DNA of 24,000 nucleotides, from the NCBI RefSeq assembly GCF_004785955.1, contig NZ_ML214300.1:151223-175222 (forward strand), in the 5' to 3' direction. This document shows, in pieces, positions 1-7,931 of this stretch. The stretch's first letter is position 1. The number at the start of each line of letters is the position of its first letter. The position numbers and the translations under genes were made by a program. The DNA is from Halostella litorea (GTDB lineage: Archaea > Halobacteriota > Halobacteria > Halobacteriales > Natronoarchaeaceae). The notes below the pieces were generated by a model. That model saw only the letters and a list, made by a program, of their open reading frames with translations, was not told the DNA's origin and searched no databases.

Positions 1-23
1 AGCGAGGCGACCGTCCGGGCGTG

Positions 24-55
24 GTTCAAATCCCGCCCCTTCCACTCCGCGATAC
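24..55 (+). repeat. tRNA 3'-end-like (T-loop/acceptor-like) sequence, copy 1
   Basis: GTTCAAATCCCGCCCCTTCCACTCCGCGATAC matches 171..202 at 31/32 positions. It contains a T-loop-like TTCAAAT, but the bases 5' of it do not form a proper T-stem. Confidence 0.75.
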
Positions 56-89
56 GTTCCTGCGAGGCGTTTCGTCGCCGAGCGACCGC

Positions 90-119
90 CGTATCGTGGA
101 GTGGCGAACGCGGGATTTG
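90..119 (-). repeat. Inverted, diverged copy of the tRNA-3'-end-like sequence
   Basis: CGTATCGTGGAGTGGCGAACGCGGGATTTG matches the reverse complement of 27..56 at 24/30 positions. Confidence 0.6.
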
Positions 120-170
120 AGCAGGCGAGTCGCAGCGCGTGAGCGAAGCGAACGCGACCGTCTCGCAGAG

Positions 171-202
171 TTCAAATCCCGCCCCTTCCACTCCCCGATA
201 CA
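171..202 (+). repeat. tRNA 3'-end-like sequence, copy 2
   Basis: GTTCAAATCCCGCCCCTTCCACTCCCCGATAC is a direct repeat of 24..55 with one mismatch, 147 bp downstream. Confidence 0.75.
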
Positions 203-386
203 ATTCTGCGAGACCCTCCGTCGTCGGGACCGACGGGAACCTTCACGATCTGTCGTCGAAATCGACGGTGATCGAACACCCGTTCGACGGCTCGTCGGCG
301 TACGGCCGTGACAGCCGCCGTGAGACGGTTCTCGGACGGGCCGGGGGAGAGACGGCGCGGATATTTCGACGAACGTCGTAGCGTAG

Positions 387-394
387 TTTTAATA
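387..394 (+). promoter_or_regulatory. Putative TATA/BRE element for the small winged-helix gene
   Basis: AT-rich TTTTAATA in GC-rich DNA, about 30 nt upstream of the ATG at 421. This fits a leaderless haloarchaeal transcript. Confidence 0.4.
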
Positions 395-420
395 TCGTCG
401 AAGGTATTGAACGGCGTACG

Positions 421-642
421 ATGGCTACACGCACCCGCGAACACGACGACTCGTTGCCGGGCGAACTCGACTCACCCTGTGCGAAACTCGTGTACCTCTA
501 TCTCTCGACGCGCGGCGAGGCGACCGTCGAACGGCTCCGGAAGGAACTGGACCTGGAGAAGATCACGCTGTTCAGCATCCTCGACACGCTCGCCAGCCGC
601 GGGCTGGTGCGCGAGGAGTGCGGAACCTACCGCCCCGCATAA
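421..642 (+). CDS. Small winged helix-turn-helix (MarR/TrmB-like) protein
   Basis: 73-aa ORF with a helix-turn-helix-like segment (KLVYLYLSTRGEATVERLRKELDLEKITLFSILDTLASRGLVREECGTYRP) and an upstream TATA-like element. It is convergent with scpA. Confidence 0.75.
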   Translation: MATRTREHDDSLPGELDSPCAKLVYLYLSTRGEATVERLRKELDLEKITLFSILDTLASRGLVREECGTYRPA

Positions 643-672
643 CGGGTCCCCACCGGCCAGCGAGGCCCGGGG

Positions 673-1671
673 TCAGTCCGCGACCGCTCCGTCCGACGCC
701 GCGTCGGCGTTGGGGTCCTGCACCCAGAGGTCGCCGAACAGTTCGTCCTGCTGCAGTCTGACCTGGCCGCGGTTCGAGAGGAAAAGCAGCGCGAGGAACG
801 TCTTCACGCGCGACCCGCCGGCCGACTGTATCTCCGCGTACAGCACTTCGTCGCGACCCGCCTCGTACTGCTCGGTCAGGGTCGCCCGCACGTCCTCGAT
901 GACCGTCTCGATGTCCTCCTCGTGGGTGTTGCTCGTGACCTCGCCCTGCGTCGGCTCGTCGTCGACGCGCATGTCGTCGCCCGAGCGGTAGTCCAGCGTC
1001 TGCGTGCCGCGCTGGAAGCCGGCGGGCGAGTCGCTGGTATCGTACTCGCGGGACTCCTTCCACCACGTCTCGCGCTCGGCCTCGCGGAGTTCCCGGACGA
1101 GTTCATCAAGCGTCTCCGGCGTGCCGCGGGCGTGCTTGCGGTCCAGCCGGCGCTCCATCTCCCGCTCTAACCCCTCGACGGGGTCGTGGCCCGGCGGCGG
1201 TGCCTCGCCGCCGTCGAGCGGTTCCTCCCACGGCTCCGGCTCCTCCGCCTCCGGCTCGTCCTCGGCGAGCAGGTCGTCGCCTTTCATCCGCAGGAGGACG
1301 CTGGCGTAGAACAGCGCCCGCCCTGAGGTCCGCAGGTCCACCTCGTCCAGCCGGTCGAGGAACTTGTCAGTCACGGCGACGATGTCGATGTCCCACGGGT
1401 CTATCTCGCCGTCCTTGGCGAGCTGGACGAGCAGTTCGACCGGCTCGACCTCCCCGTCGTCGGCGTCGCCGTCGGCCACCAGGTCGGCGACTGCCGCGGG
1501 GTCGTCGCCGTTCTCCCCGGGAGCGGCGGCCTCACTGTCTCCGGGGACCGCGTCGGCGTCAGCGCCGCCCGAGCCGGGCGGTTCGCGGTCCTCGTGGCCC
1601 GCGATGTTCAGCGGGACGTCGTCGTCCGGGTCGGCCTCGTCGTCCGGCTCCAGCCCGACCTCGTCAGTCAT
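673..1671 (-). CDS. scpA: Segregation and condensation protein ScpA (kleisin)
   Basis: 332 aa. Contains a kleisin N-domain-like sequence (VEPVELLVQLAKDGEIDPWDIDIVAVTDKFLDRLDEVDLRTSGRALFYASVLLRMKGDDLL) after an acidic N-terminal extension. Overlaps the smc stop by 8 nt. Confidence 0.9.
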   Translation of the reverse strand: MTDEVGLEPDDEADPDDDVPLNIAGHEDREPPGSGGADADAVPGDSEAAAPGENGDDPAAVADLVADGDADDGEVEPVELLVQLAKDGEIDPWDIDIVAVTDKFLDRLDEVDLRTSGRALFYASVLLRMKGDDLLAEDEPEAEEPEPWEEPLDGGEAPPPGHDPVEGLEREMERRLDRKHARGTPETLDELVRELREAERETWWKESREYDTSDSPAGFQRGTQTLDYRSGDDMRVDDEPTQGEVTSNTHEEDIETVIEDVRATLTEQYEAGRDEVLYAEIQSAGGSRVKTFLALLFLSNRGQVRLQQDELFGDLWVQDPNADAASDGAVAD

Positions 1672-4600
1672 CCGCGGGCACCCCCTCGCTCAGGTCGATG
1701 CCCGTCACCGCGCTGATGTTGTCGTCCTGCATCGTCACGCCGATGGCGCGCTCCGAGCGGTCGAGCATCGCCGAGCGGTGCGAGACGACGACGAACTGGG
1801 CGTCGCCCGCCAGTTCGTCGACCATCTCGCCGACGCGCTCGGCGTTGGCGGCGTCCAGGAACGCGTCGACCTCGTCCAGCGCGTAGAACGGCGCGGGGTT
1901 GTGCCGCTGGATGGCGAAAATAAAGGCGAGCGCTGTCAGGGACTTCTCGCCGCCGGACATCGCGTCGAGCCGCTGGATCGGCTTGTCGGCGGGCTGGGCC
2001 TTCATCGTCAGGCCCCCGTCGAACGGGTCGTCCTCGTTCTCCAGGTGGAGCGTCCCCGTCCCCGAGGAGAGCCGCGCGAATATCTCCTCGAACTGCTCGT
2101 TGATGTCCTCGAACGCGTCCATGAACGTCGCCTTCTTCTGGGCCTCGTAGGAGTCGATGCGCTCGCGGATGCCGTCGCGCTCCTCGACCAGGGTCTCGCG
2201 TCCCTCCTTCAGCTCGTCGAGGTCCGCCTCCACGTCGTCGTACTCCTCGATGGCGAGCATGTTGACGGGCTCGAGCTTCTCCATCTCGGTTTCGAGGCGC
2301 GCGATGTTGGCCTCGACCTCGTCGTGGTCGGGCACCTCGTCGGGGTCGTACTCGTCGACCTCCGCCTCCAGCTCCTCTATCTCCCACTCCAACTGCTCCT
2401 CGCGCTCGCGCAGGTCCGACAGCGCCGTCTCGACGCCGTCGACCTTCTCCTTCTGTTCGTCGCGGGCCTCGCGGGCCTCGCGGAGGTCGGCTTTCAGCTC
2501 CTCGCGGTCCCCCTTCAGCTCCGCCAGCTCCGCTTCCAGCTCCTCGACGGCCTCGCGCTTCTCGTCGAGTTCGGCCTCCTTCTCGCCGATTTCGGCCTCG
2601 TACTCCTCGATAGCGGCCTCCTTCTCGGCCTTGCGGTTCTGGGCCGCCTCGATCGTCTCGTGGAGCTCCTCGATCGACTCCTCGGCGTACTGCTTCTCCA
2701 GCTGGTACTCGTTCAGGTCGGCGTCGAGGTCGCCCATGCGGTCCTCCAGGTCGTCTATCTCGGCCTCGAGGTCCTCGATCTCCCCCGTGAGCTCGGGGAT
2801 CCGGGAGTCGGCGAGTTCGGCTTCGAGGTCGGCGATCTCCTCCTCCACGTCGGCGATCGCCTCGTCGGTCTCGTCGATCTCCCCTTCGATCTCGGTCATC
2901 CGCTCGTCGACCTCCTCGCGCTCGGCGCGCAGGTCGTCGAGCTCGTCCTCCATCTCCGCGATCTCCGTCTCGACGCGCTCGTACTCGGCCTCGGTCGACT
3001 CGATCTCGGACTCGATCGAGCGCACCTGGTCGGCGGCGTCGGTCTTCCGGTCGCGGGCGTCGTCGAGGCGCTCCTCGACGTCCCGGAGGTCCTCGCGCAG
3101 CGAGTCGCGCTCGTCCTGCAGGTCGGTGATCGCCTCGGCGACCCGTTCGAGCTGGCCCTTCCCGGTCTTCGTAAAGGAGTAGCGCGAGCCGCTCTTCGAG
3201 CCGCCGGTCATCGCGCCACTCTTCTCGACGAGTTCGCCCGACAGCGTCACGAGGCGGTAGTCGCCCATGTACTGGCGGGCGGTCTCGATGTTCTCGACGA
3301 CGAGCGTGTCGCCGAGCACGTACGAGAAGATGCCCGCGTACTCGTCGGCGAAGTCGACGAGGTTGTACGCGAAGTCGACGACGCCGGGGTCGTCGGGGGC
3401 CGACGGGAGCGAGCGCGTGTGCATCTCCGTGATGGGGAGGAAGGTCGCACGCCCCGCGTTCCGGCTCTTGAGGTACTCGATGCAGTCCTGGCCGACGCCG
3501 TCGTCGTCGACGACGACGTTCGCCAGCCGGCCGCCAGCCGCCGTCTCGCAGGCCGTCGCGTACCGCTCGTCGACGCCGCCGAGCTGGCCGACGGTGCCGT
3601 GGACGCCGTCCCGGTCGGCGTTGAGCACCGTCGACACCGCCCGGCCGTAGGAGGCGTCGCCGCTCTCGTCGGCCTTGGCCTCCAGTTCGGCGTACTCCTG
3701 TTGCTTCGCCTGCAGGCGGTCCTCCACGTCGTCGACATCGTCCTGCAGTTCACGCTTCTCCCGCTTCAGGTCGTCGACCACCTCGGCGATGCTGTCCTCG
3801 TTCTTGCGCGCCTTGGCGAGTTCGTCCTCCAGGTCCTCCAGTTCGGCCTGGAGTTCGGGGAGCCGGTCGCGCGCCGCGTCGATGTCGTCCTCGGTCTCGC
3901 TGATGGCGTTCGACCGCCGGCGCGCCTCGTCGAGCAGACGGTCCTGCTCGCGCTGGCGGTCGTTCTTCTCGGTCTTGAGTTCCTCCAGCGCCTCCTTCCG
4001 GTCCTGCAGTTCGGCCTTGACCTCGTCGTACTCCGTGTCGATGGCGTCGATCTCGGCCTGCAGCTTCTCGATCTCGCTTTCCCGTTCCTGGATGTCGGCC
4101 TTGACCGACGACTTCTCCAGTTTGGTCTCGCGGATGTCGGACTCCAGGTCCTCGACCTGCTCGCCCTTGCGGTCGACCTCGACGAACGCCTCGCGGCGCT
4201 CGTTCTCGGCGTCCTCGACGGCCTCCTCGGCCGTCTCGATGCGGTCCTCCAGCCGGGAGATCTCGCCTTTGATCTCCTCCATCTCGCCTTTGATCCGGAG
4301 CTGCTCGTCCTCGCCCTTGCGCTCGATCTCGGCGTTCAAATCCTCCAGGTCCTCCTGGAGGCGGACGACCGCGCCCTGCTTCTCGTCCAGGGCGCGGCGC
4401 AGCTCCGAAAGCTCGGCCTCGCGGGCCTCGATCTCCTCGCGGGTCTCGGTTAGGTCGCCGCGTTTGTCCTCCAGCTCGGCGGCCTTGAGGTAGCCCTCGT
4501 ACTCCTCCTTCTCGTCGCGGAGCGACTGGTACTCCAGCGCGGCCTCCCGCTCGTCGGCGAGCTGTTCGAGCCGCGCCTCCTTCTCCTCGATGCGGAGGTC

Positions 4601-5236
4601 GGTCTCGGCGACCCGCTCCTCGACGACCTCCAGCTCCTCGAAGGCGTCCTCCTTCTTCGCGTCGAACTCGGCGACGCCGGCGATCTCGTCGATGATCTCG
4701 CGGCGCTCACCCGGCGTCATGTTGATGATGCCGGTGACGTCGCCCTGCATGACGACGTTGTACCCCTCCGGCGTGACGCCGGCGCTGGCCAGCAGGTTCT
4801 GGATGTCCGAGAGGTTGACCGAGCGGCCGTTGAGGTAGTAGTAGGAGTAGTAGTTGTCCTCGGTCTCCTTGACGCGGCGCTTGATCGTTATCTCGTCGAC
4901 GTCGCCGACGTCCTCGCTGCCGGCGGCGTTGACGACCTGCGGCCGGTCGACGGTCCGGTCGGCGTTGTCCAGTACGACGGTGACGCTGGCCTCGCGGGGG
5001 CCGCTCGCGCCGGACTCGCCGTCGTCGTAGCCGGGGTTGTAGATCAGGTCCGTGAGCTTCTGTGCGCGGATGCCCCGCGCCCGGGCGAGGCCGAGCGCGA
5101 ACAGGACCGCGTCGATGATGTTGCTCTTGCCGGAGCCGTTCGGGCCGCTGACGGTCGTGAAGTCCTCGTAAAACGGGATCCGGGTCTTCCGCCCGAAACT
5201 CTTGAAGTTCTCAAGGACGAGCTCTTTGATGTGCAT
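1664..5236 (-). CDS. smc: Chromosome segregation protein SMC
   Basis: 1190 aa. Walker A GPNGSGKSNIIDAVLFALG, long heptad-rich arms, hinge region, C-terminal LSGGEKSLTALAFIFAI and Walker B-like FYALDEVDAFLDAAN. Confidence 0.98.
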   Translation of the reverse strand: MHIKELVLENFKSFGRKTRIPFYEDFTTVSGPNGSGKSNIIDAVLFALGLARARGIRAQKLTDLIYNPGYDDGESGASGPREASVTVVLDNADRTVDRPQVVNAAGSEDVGDVDEITIKRRVKETEDNYYSYYYLNGRSVNLSDIQNLLASAGVTPEGYNVVMQGDVTGIINMTPGERREIIDEIAGVAEFDAKKEDAFEELEVVEERVAETDLRIEEKEARLEQLADEREAALEYQSLRDEKEEYEGYLKAAELEDKRGDLTETREEIEAREAELSELRRALDEKQGAVVRLQEDLEDLNAEIERKGEDEQLRIKGEMEEIKGEISRLEDRIETAEEAVEDAENERREAFVEVDRKGEQVEDLESDIRETKLEKSSVKADIQERESEIEKLQAEIDAIDTEYDEVKAELQDRKEALEELKTEKNDRQREQDRLLDEARRRSNAISETEDDIDAARDRLPELQAELEDLEDELAKARKNEDSIAEVVDDLKREKRELQDDVDDVEDRLQAKQQEYAELEAKADESGDASYGRAVSTVLNADRDGVHGTVGQLGGVDERYATACETAAGGRLANVVVDDDGVGQDCIEYLKSRNAGRATFLPITEMHTRSLPSAPDDPGVVDFAYNLVDFADEYAGIFSYVLGDTLVVENIETARQYMGDYRLVTLSGELVEKSGAMTGGSKSGSRYSFTKTGKGQLERVAEAITDLQDERDSLREDLRDVEERLDDARDRKTDAADQVRSIESEIESTEAEYERVETEIAEMEDELDDLRAEREEVDERMTEIEGEIDETDEAIADVEEEIADLEAELADSRIPELTGEIEDLEAEIDDLEDRMGDLDADLNEYQLEKQYAEESIEELHETIEAAQNRKAEKEAAIEEYEAEIGEKEAELDEKREAVEELEAELAELKGDREELKADLREAREARDEQKEKVDGVETALSDLREREEQLEWEIEELEAEVDEYDPDEVPDHDEVEANIARLETEMEKLEPVNMLAIEEYDDVEADLDELKEGRETLVEERDGIRERIDSYEAQKKATFMDAFEDINEQFEEIFARLSSGTGTLHLENEDDPFDGGLTMKAQPADKPIQRLDAMSGGEKSLTALAFIFAIQRHNPAPFYALDEVDAFLDAANAERVGEMVDELAGDAQFVVVSHRSAMLDRSERAIGVTMQDDNISAVTGIDLSEGVPADD

Positions 5237-5266
5237 GGGTTGCTCGTGGGGGCGGACGACCCCGCC

Positions 5267-5569
5267 TTACGCGACGATGATGTCGTCGCCGAGATCGGAG
5301 TCGTCCGCGTCTTCGTCCCCCTCCTGGGGGTCGTCGGCCTTAGCCGCTTCGGACGCCGCCTCCGCGACGTCGTCGGGCGTCGCTTCCTCGGCCGCGCCGT
5401 CGTCCGTGGTCCGGGGAGTCGCCGCGCGGGACGGCGTCTCGGCGTCCAGTTCCGACTCCAGCACGCGGATGCGTTCCTTCGCCTCGACCAGTTCCTCGGT
5501 GAGTCCCTCGACGGTGGACTCCAGTTCCGCGACCGTCGCCTCGAGCTCCTCGACCCTGTTGCCGGTCAT
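5267..5569 (-). CDS. Small coiled-coil protein with acidic tail, upstream of smc
   Basis: The track ORF is trimmed to its internal ATG. Product is MTGNRVEELEATVAELESTVEGLTEELVEAKERIRVLESELDAE...DDSDLGDDIIVA, 100 aa. A TATA-like TTTATG on the minus strand (5595-5600) fits this start, and the gene ends 30 bp before smc. Confidence 0.8.
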   Translation of the reverse strand: MTGNRVEELEATVAELESTVEGLTEELVEAKERIRVLESELDAETPSRAATPRTTDDGAAEEATPDDVAEAASEAAKADDPQEGDEDADDSDLGDDIIVA

Positions 5570-5655
5570 ACGTGTACAGGCGCGGTTCCTGACGCATAAA
5601 CGTACGTCAGACAAGTAAATACTTTCTGATAGGTGAACGGAGCGGAGCGGCGGGG

Positions 5656-6210
5656 CTACCCGTCGGCCCGCCACTCCGACCGGAGGAGCCCGTAACAGAG
5701 CGCGTCGTGATACTCGCCGCGGTACCACGCGGCCTCGCGCTGCGTTCCCTCGTGCTCGAACCCCAGCGACTCCAGCAAGGCGATCGAGCCCTCGTTGAAG
5801 CTCCCGGGGTACGCGCTCACGCGCCGGAGGTTGCGGTCCGTGAAGGCGTACTCGACCATCCGGCCGGCGGCGTCGGACCCGTACCCCAGTCCCTGGTGTT
5901 CGGGCACGATCCAGTACGCCAGTTCCGCGGACCGGGCCCGGGCCGTCTCGGTGGGGCCGTATCGGGACTCCGACAGCGAGACGTGCCCGACGGGTTCGTC
6001 GTCGTGACAGACCAGGCAGTGGACGTCCCCCTCGGTGGTGAGGACCTCCTCGAAGAACTCCGCGGCGAGTTCGTCGTTCATCGGTTTGATGCTGAGCGAC
6101 GGCCGCCAGACGGCGGGGTCGTTCATCGCTCGCTGGACGAATTCCATGTCGTCCCGTTCGATCGGGCGGAGCGTCACCGTCTCCCCCTCCAGAAACACCG
6201 GGCCGGGCAT
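5656..6210 (-). CDS. GNAT family N-acetyltransferase (RimJ/RimL-like)
   Basis: 184 aa with TVTLRPIERDDMEFVQRAMNDPAVW, AELAYWIVPEHQGLGYGSDA and NEGSIALLESLGFEHEGTQREAWYRGEYHDALCYGLL, the typical GNAT motif A/B pattern. Confidence 0.9.
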   Translation of the reverse strand: MPGPVFLEGETVTLRPIERDDMEFVQRAMNDPAVWRPSLSIKPMNDELAAEFFEEVLTTEGDVHCLVCHDDEPVGHVSLSESRYGPTETARARSAELAYWIVPEHQGLGYGSDAAGRMVEYAFTDRNLRRVSAYPGSFNEGSIALLESLGFEHEGTQREAAWYRGEYHDALCYGLLRSEWRADG

Positions 6211-6389
6211 AGCCGAACGTTCCCCGAGCGTAGCAAATGCTTTCGGGTGCTGTGGGAGGTGGTAGCGTTCGGGACGCGTGGACAGTTCGGACTCCGCCGA
6301 CGATGGGCCGCTACGGCGACACCCGCGAACAGCACCGTCGGCGTCCGGTCCCGTTAGCCTTTAACCGGGCCGCGCCGAACCGGGGGGTA

Positions 6390-7877
6390 ATGACCGCACA
6401 GGCAGCCCAGCAGGCGGACCTCGCGACCGTCATCGGCCTGGAGGTCCACGTCCAGCTGGAGACGGAGACGAAGATCTTCTGTGGCTGTTCGACGGACGCG
6501 GCGGACGCGGAGCCGAACTCCCTGACCTGCCCCGTCTGTCTCGGCCTCCCGGGGGCGCTCCCGGTGCTGAACGAGGCGGCCGTCGAGGCCGCGGTGAAGG
6601 TGGGGAAGGCCATCGACGCAACCATCCCGGAGGAGACGGCGTTCCACCGGAAGAACTACTACTACCCCGACCTGCCGAAGAACTTCCAGATCACCCAGTA
6701 CGACGACCCGATCTGCCAGGACGGGGAGCTGACGTTTACGGTCGGCGACGACCGCCGGACGGTCGGCATCCGGCGCGCCCACCTGGAGGAGGACCCGGGG
6801 AGCCTCCAGCACGTCGGCGGCAGCATCGACACGGCCGACCACACGCGGGTCGACTACAACCGCGCGGGGACGCCGCTTCTGGAGATCGTCACCGAACCGG
6901 ACTTCCGCGGCGCGGGCGAGGTGCGGTCGTTCCTCGCCAAACTGGAGGAGGTCCTGGAGTACCTCAGCGTGTTCGACAGCACGCGCGACGGGAGCCTCCG
7001 CATCGACGCCAACCTGAGCCTCGTGCCCGCGGCTGAGGTCGACGACGAGGGTGCGATAGACGAGGCCGCCCTCGACGACGCCAACCGCACCGAGGTCAAG
7101 AACATCACCAGCCACAAGGGCGCGGAGAAGGCGCTGGCCTACGAGGAGACCCGGCAGAAAAACGCCGTCGAGCGCGGCCGCGAGGTCGAACAGGAGACGC
7201 GCCACTGGGACGAGTCCCGCGGCGTCACCGTCTCGATGCGCTCGAAGGAGGAGGAGAAGGACTACCGCTACTTCCGCGAGGAGGACCTGCCGCCGCTGCG
7301 GGTCGCCGACTGGAAGGAGCGCATCTCCATCCCGGAACTGCCCGACGCCCGGCGCGAGCGGTTCCGCGAGGAGTACGGCCTGAGCGGGGAGGCCGCCTCG
7401 AAGCTCACCTCCACGAAGCAGGTCGCGGACTTCTACGAGGACCTGGCCGGCGAGTTCGACCCGGACCTAGCGGCGACGTGGGTCGCCGACAACCTGCTGG
7501 GCGAACTCAACTACCGCGACATGGCGATCACCGACGTGGACGGCCGGCTGGACGAGATCCGCCGGCTCGTCGAACTGGTCGCCGACGACGAGATCACCGC
7601 CAAGAACGCCCGCGAGACGGTGCTCCGACGGATGCTGGACGAGGGCGAGGACCCCGACGCGGTCGTCGAGAGCGAGGGGCTCGGCAAGACCGGCGAGGAC
7701 GAGGTGCGGGGGGCGGTCGTCGCCGCGATAGACGACAACCCCGACGCGGTGGCGGACTACCGCGACGGCGACGACGGCGCGCTCAACTTCCTCGTCGGGC
7801 AGGTGATGGGCGCGACCGGCGGGAGCGCCGACCCCGGCACCGTCAACGAACTGCTCCGCGAGGAACTGGACGGCTGA
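6390..7877 (+). CDS. gatB: Asp-tRNA(Asn)/Glu-tRNA(Gln) amidotransferase subunit B
   Basis: The track ORF is trimmed to the ATG at 6390 (MTAQAAQQADLATVIGLEVHVQLETETKIFCGCST...). Conserved GatB segments include VCLGLPGALPVLN and the C-terminal YqeY-like domain. A TATA-like CCTTTAACC lies at 6358-6366. Confidence 0.96.
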   Translation: MTAQAAQQADLATVIGLEVHVQLETETKIFCGCSTDAADAEPNSLTCPVCLGLPGALPVLNEAAVEAAVKVGKAIDATIPEETAFHRKNYYYPDLPKNFQITQYDDPICQDGELTFTVGDDRRTVGIRRAHLEEDPGSLQHVGGSIDTADHTRVDYNRAGTPLLEIVTEPDFRGAGEVRSFLAKLEEVLEYLSVFDSTRDGSLRIDANLSLVPAAEVDDEGAIDEAALDDANRTEVKNITSHKGAEKALAYEETRQKNAVERGREVEQETRHWDESRGVTVSMRSKEEEKDYRYFREEDLPPLRVADWKERISIPELPDARRERFREEYGLSGEAASKLTSTKQVADFYEDLAGEFDPDLAATWVADNLLGELNYRDMAITDVDGRLDEIRRLVELVADDEITAKNARETVLRRMLDEGEDPDAVVESEGLGKTGEDEVRGAVVAAIDDNPDAVADYRDGDDGALNFLVGQVMGATGGSADPGTVNELLREELDG

Positions 7878-7931
7878 GTCGGCCGACGGCCGCCCGAGCA
7901 CTTTTGTGTCTCCTCGCCGTCGCGGCATGCG

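Noticed and set aside
1-48. A complete tRNA gene ending at copy 1
   Set aside because: The 5' part lies outside the window, and the visible bases before TTCAAAT do not pair with CCCGC as a T-stem. Only a tRNA-like 3' fragment is supportable.
139-444. Short overlapping ORFs on both strands (80 aa, 90 aa, 63 aa)
   Set aside because: Repetitive Arg/Ser-rich translations with no motif, overlapping the tRNA-like repeats and each other. Probably non-coding.
1364-4453. 1029-aa plus-strand ORF
   Set aside because: Fully antisense to smc. Its low-complexity Leu/Val/Asp/Arg translation is typical of opposite-strand frames in very GC-rich DNA.
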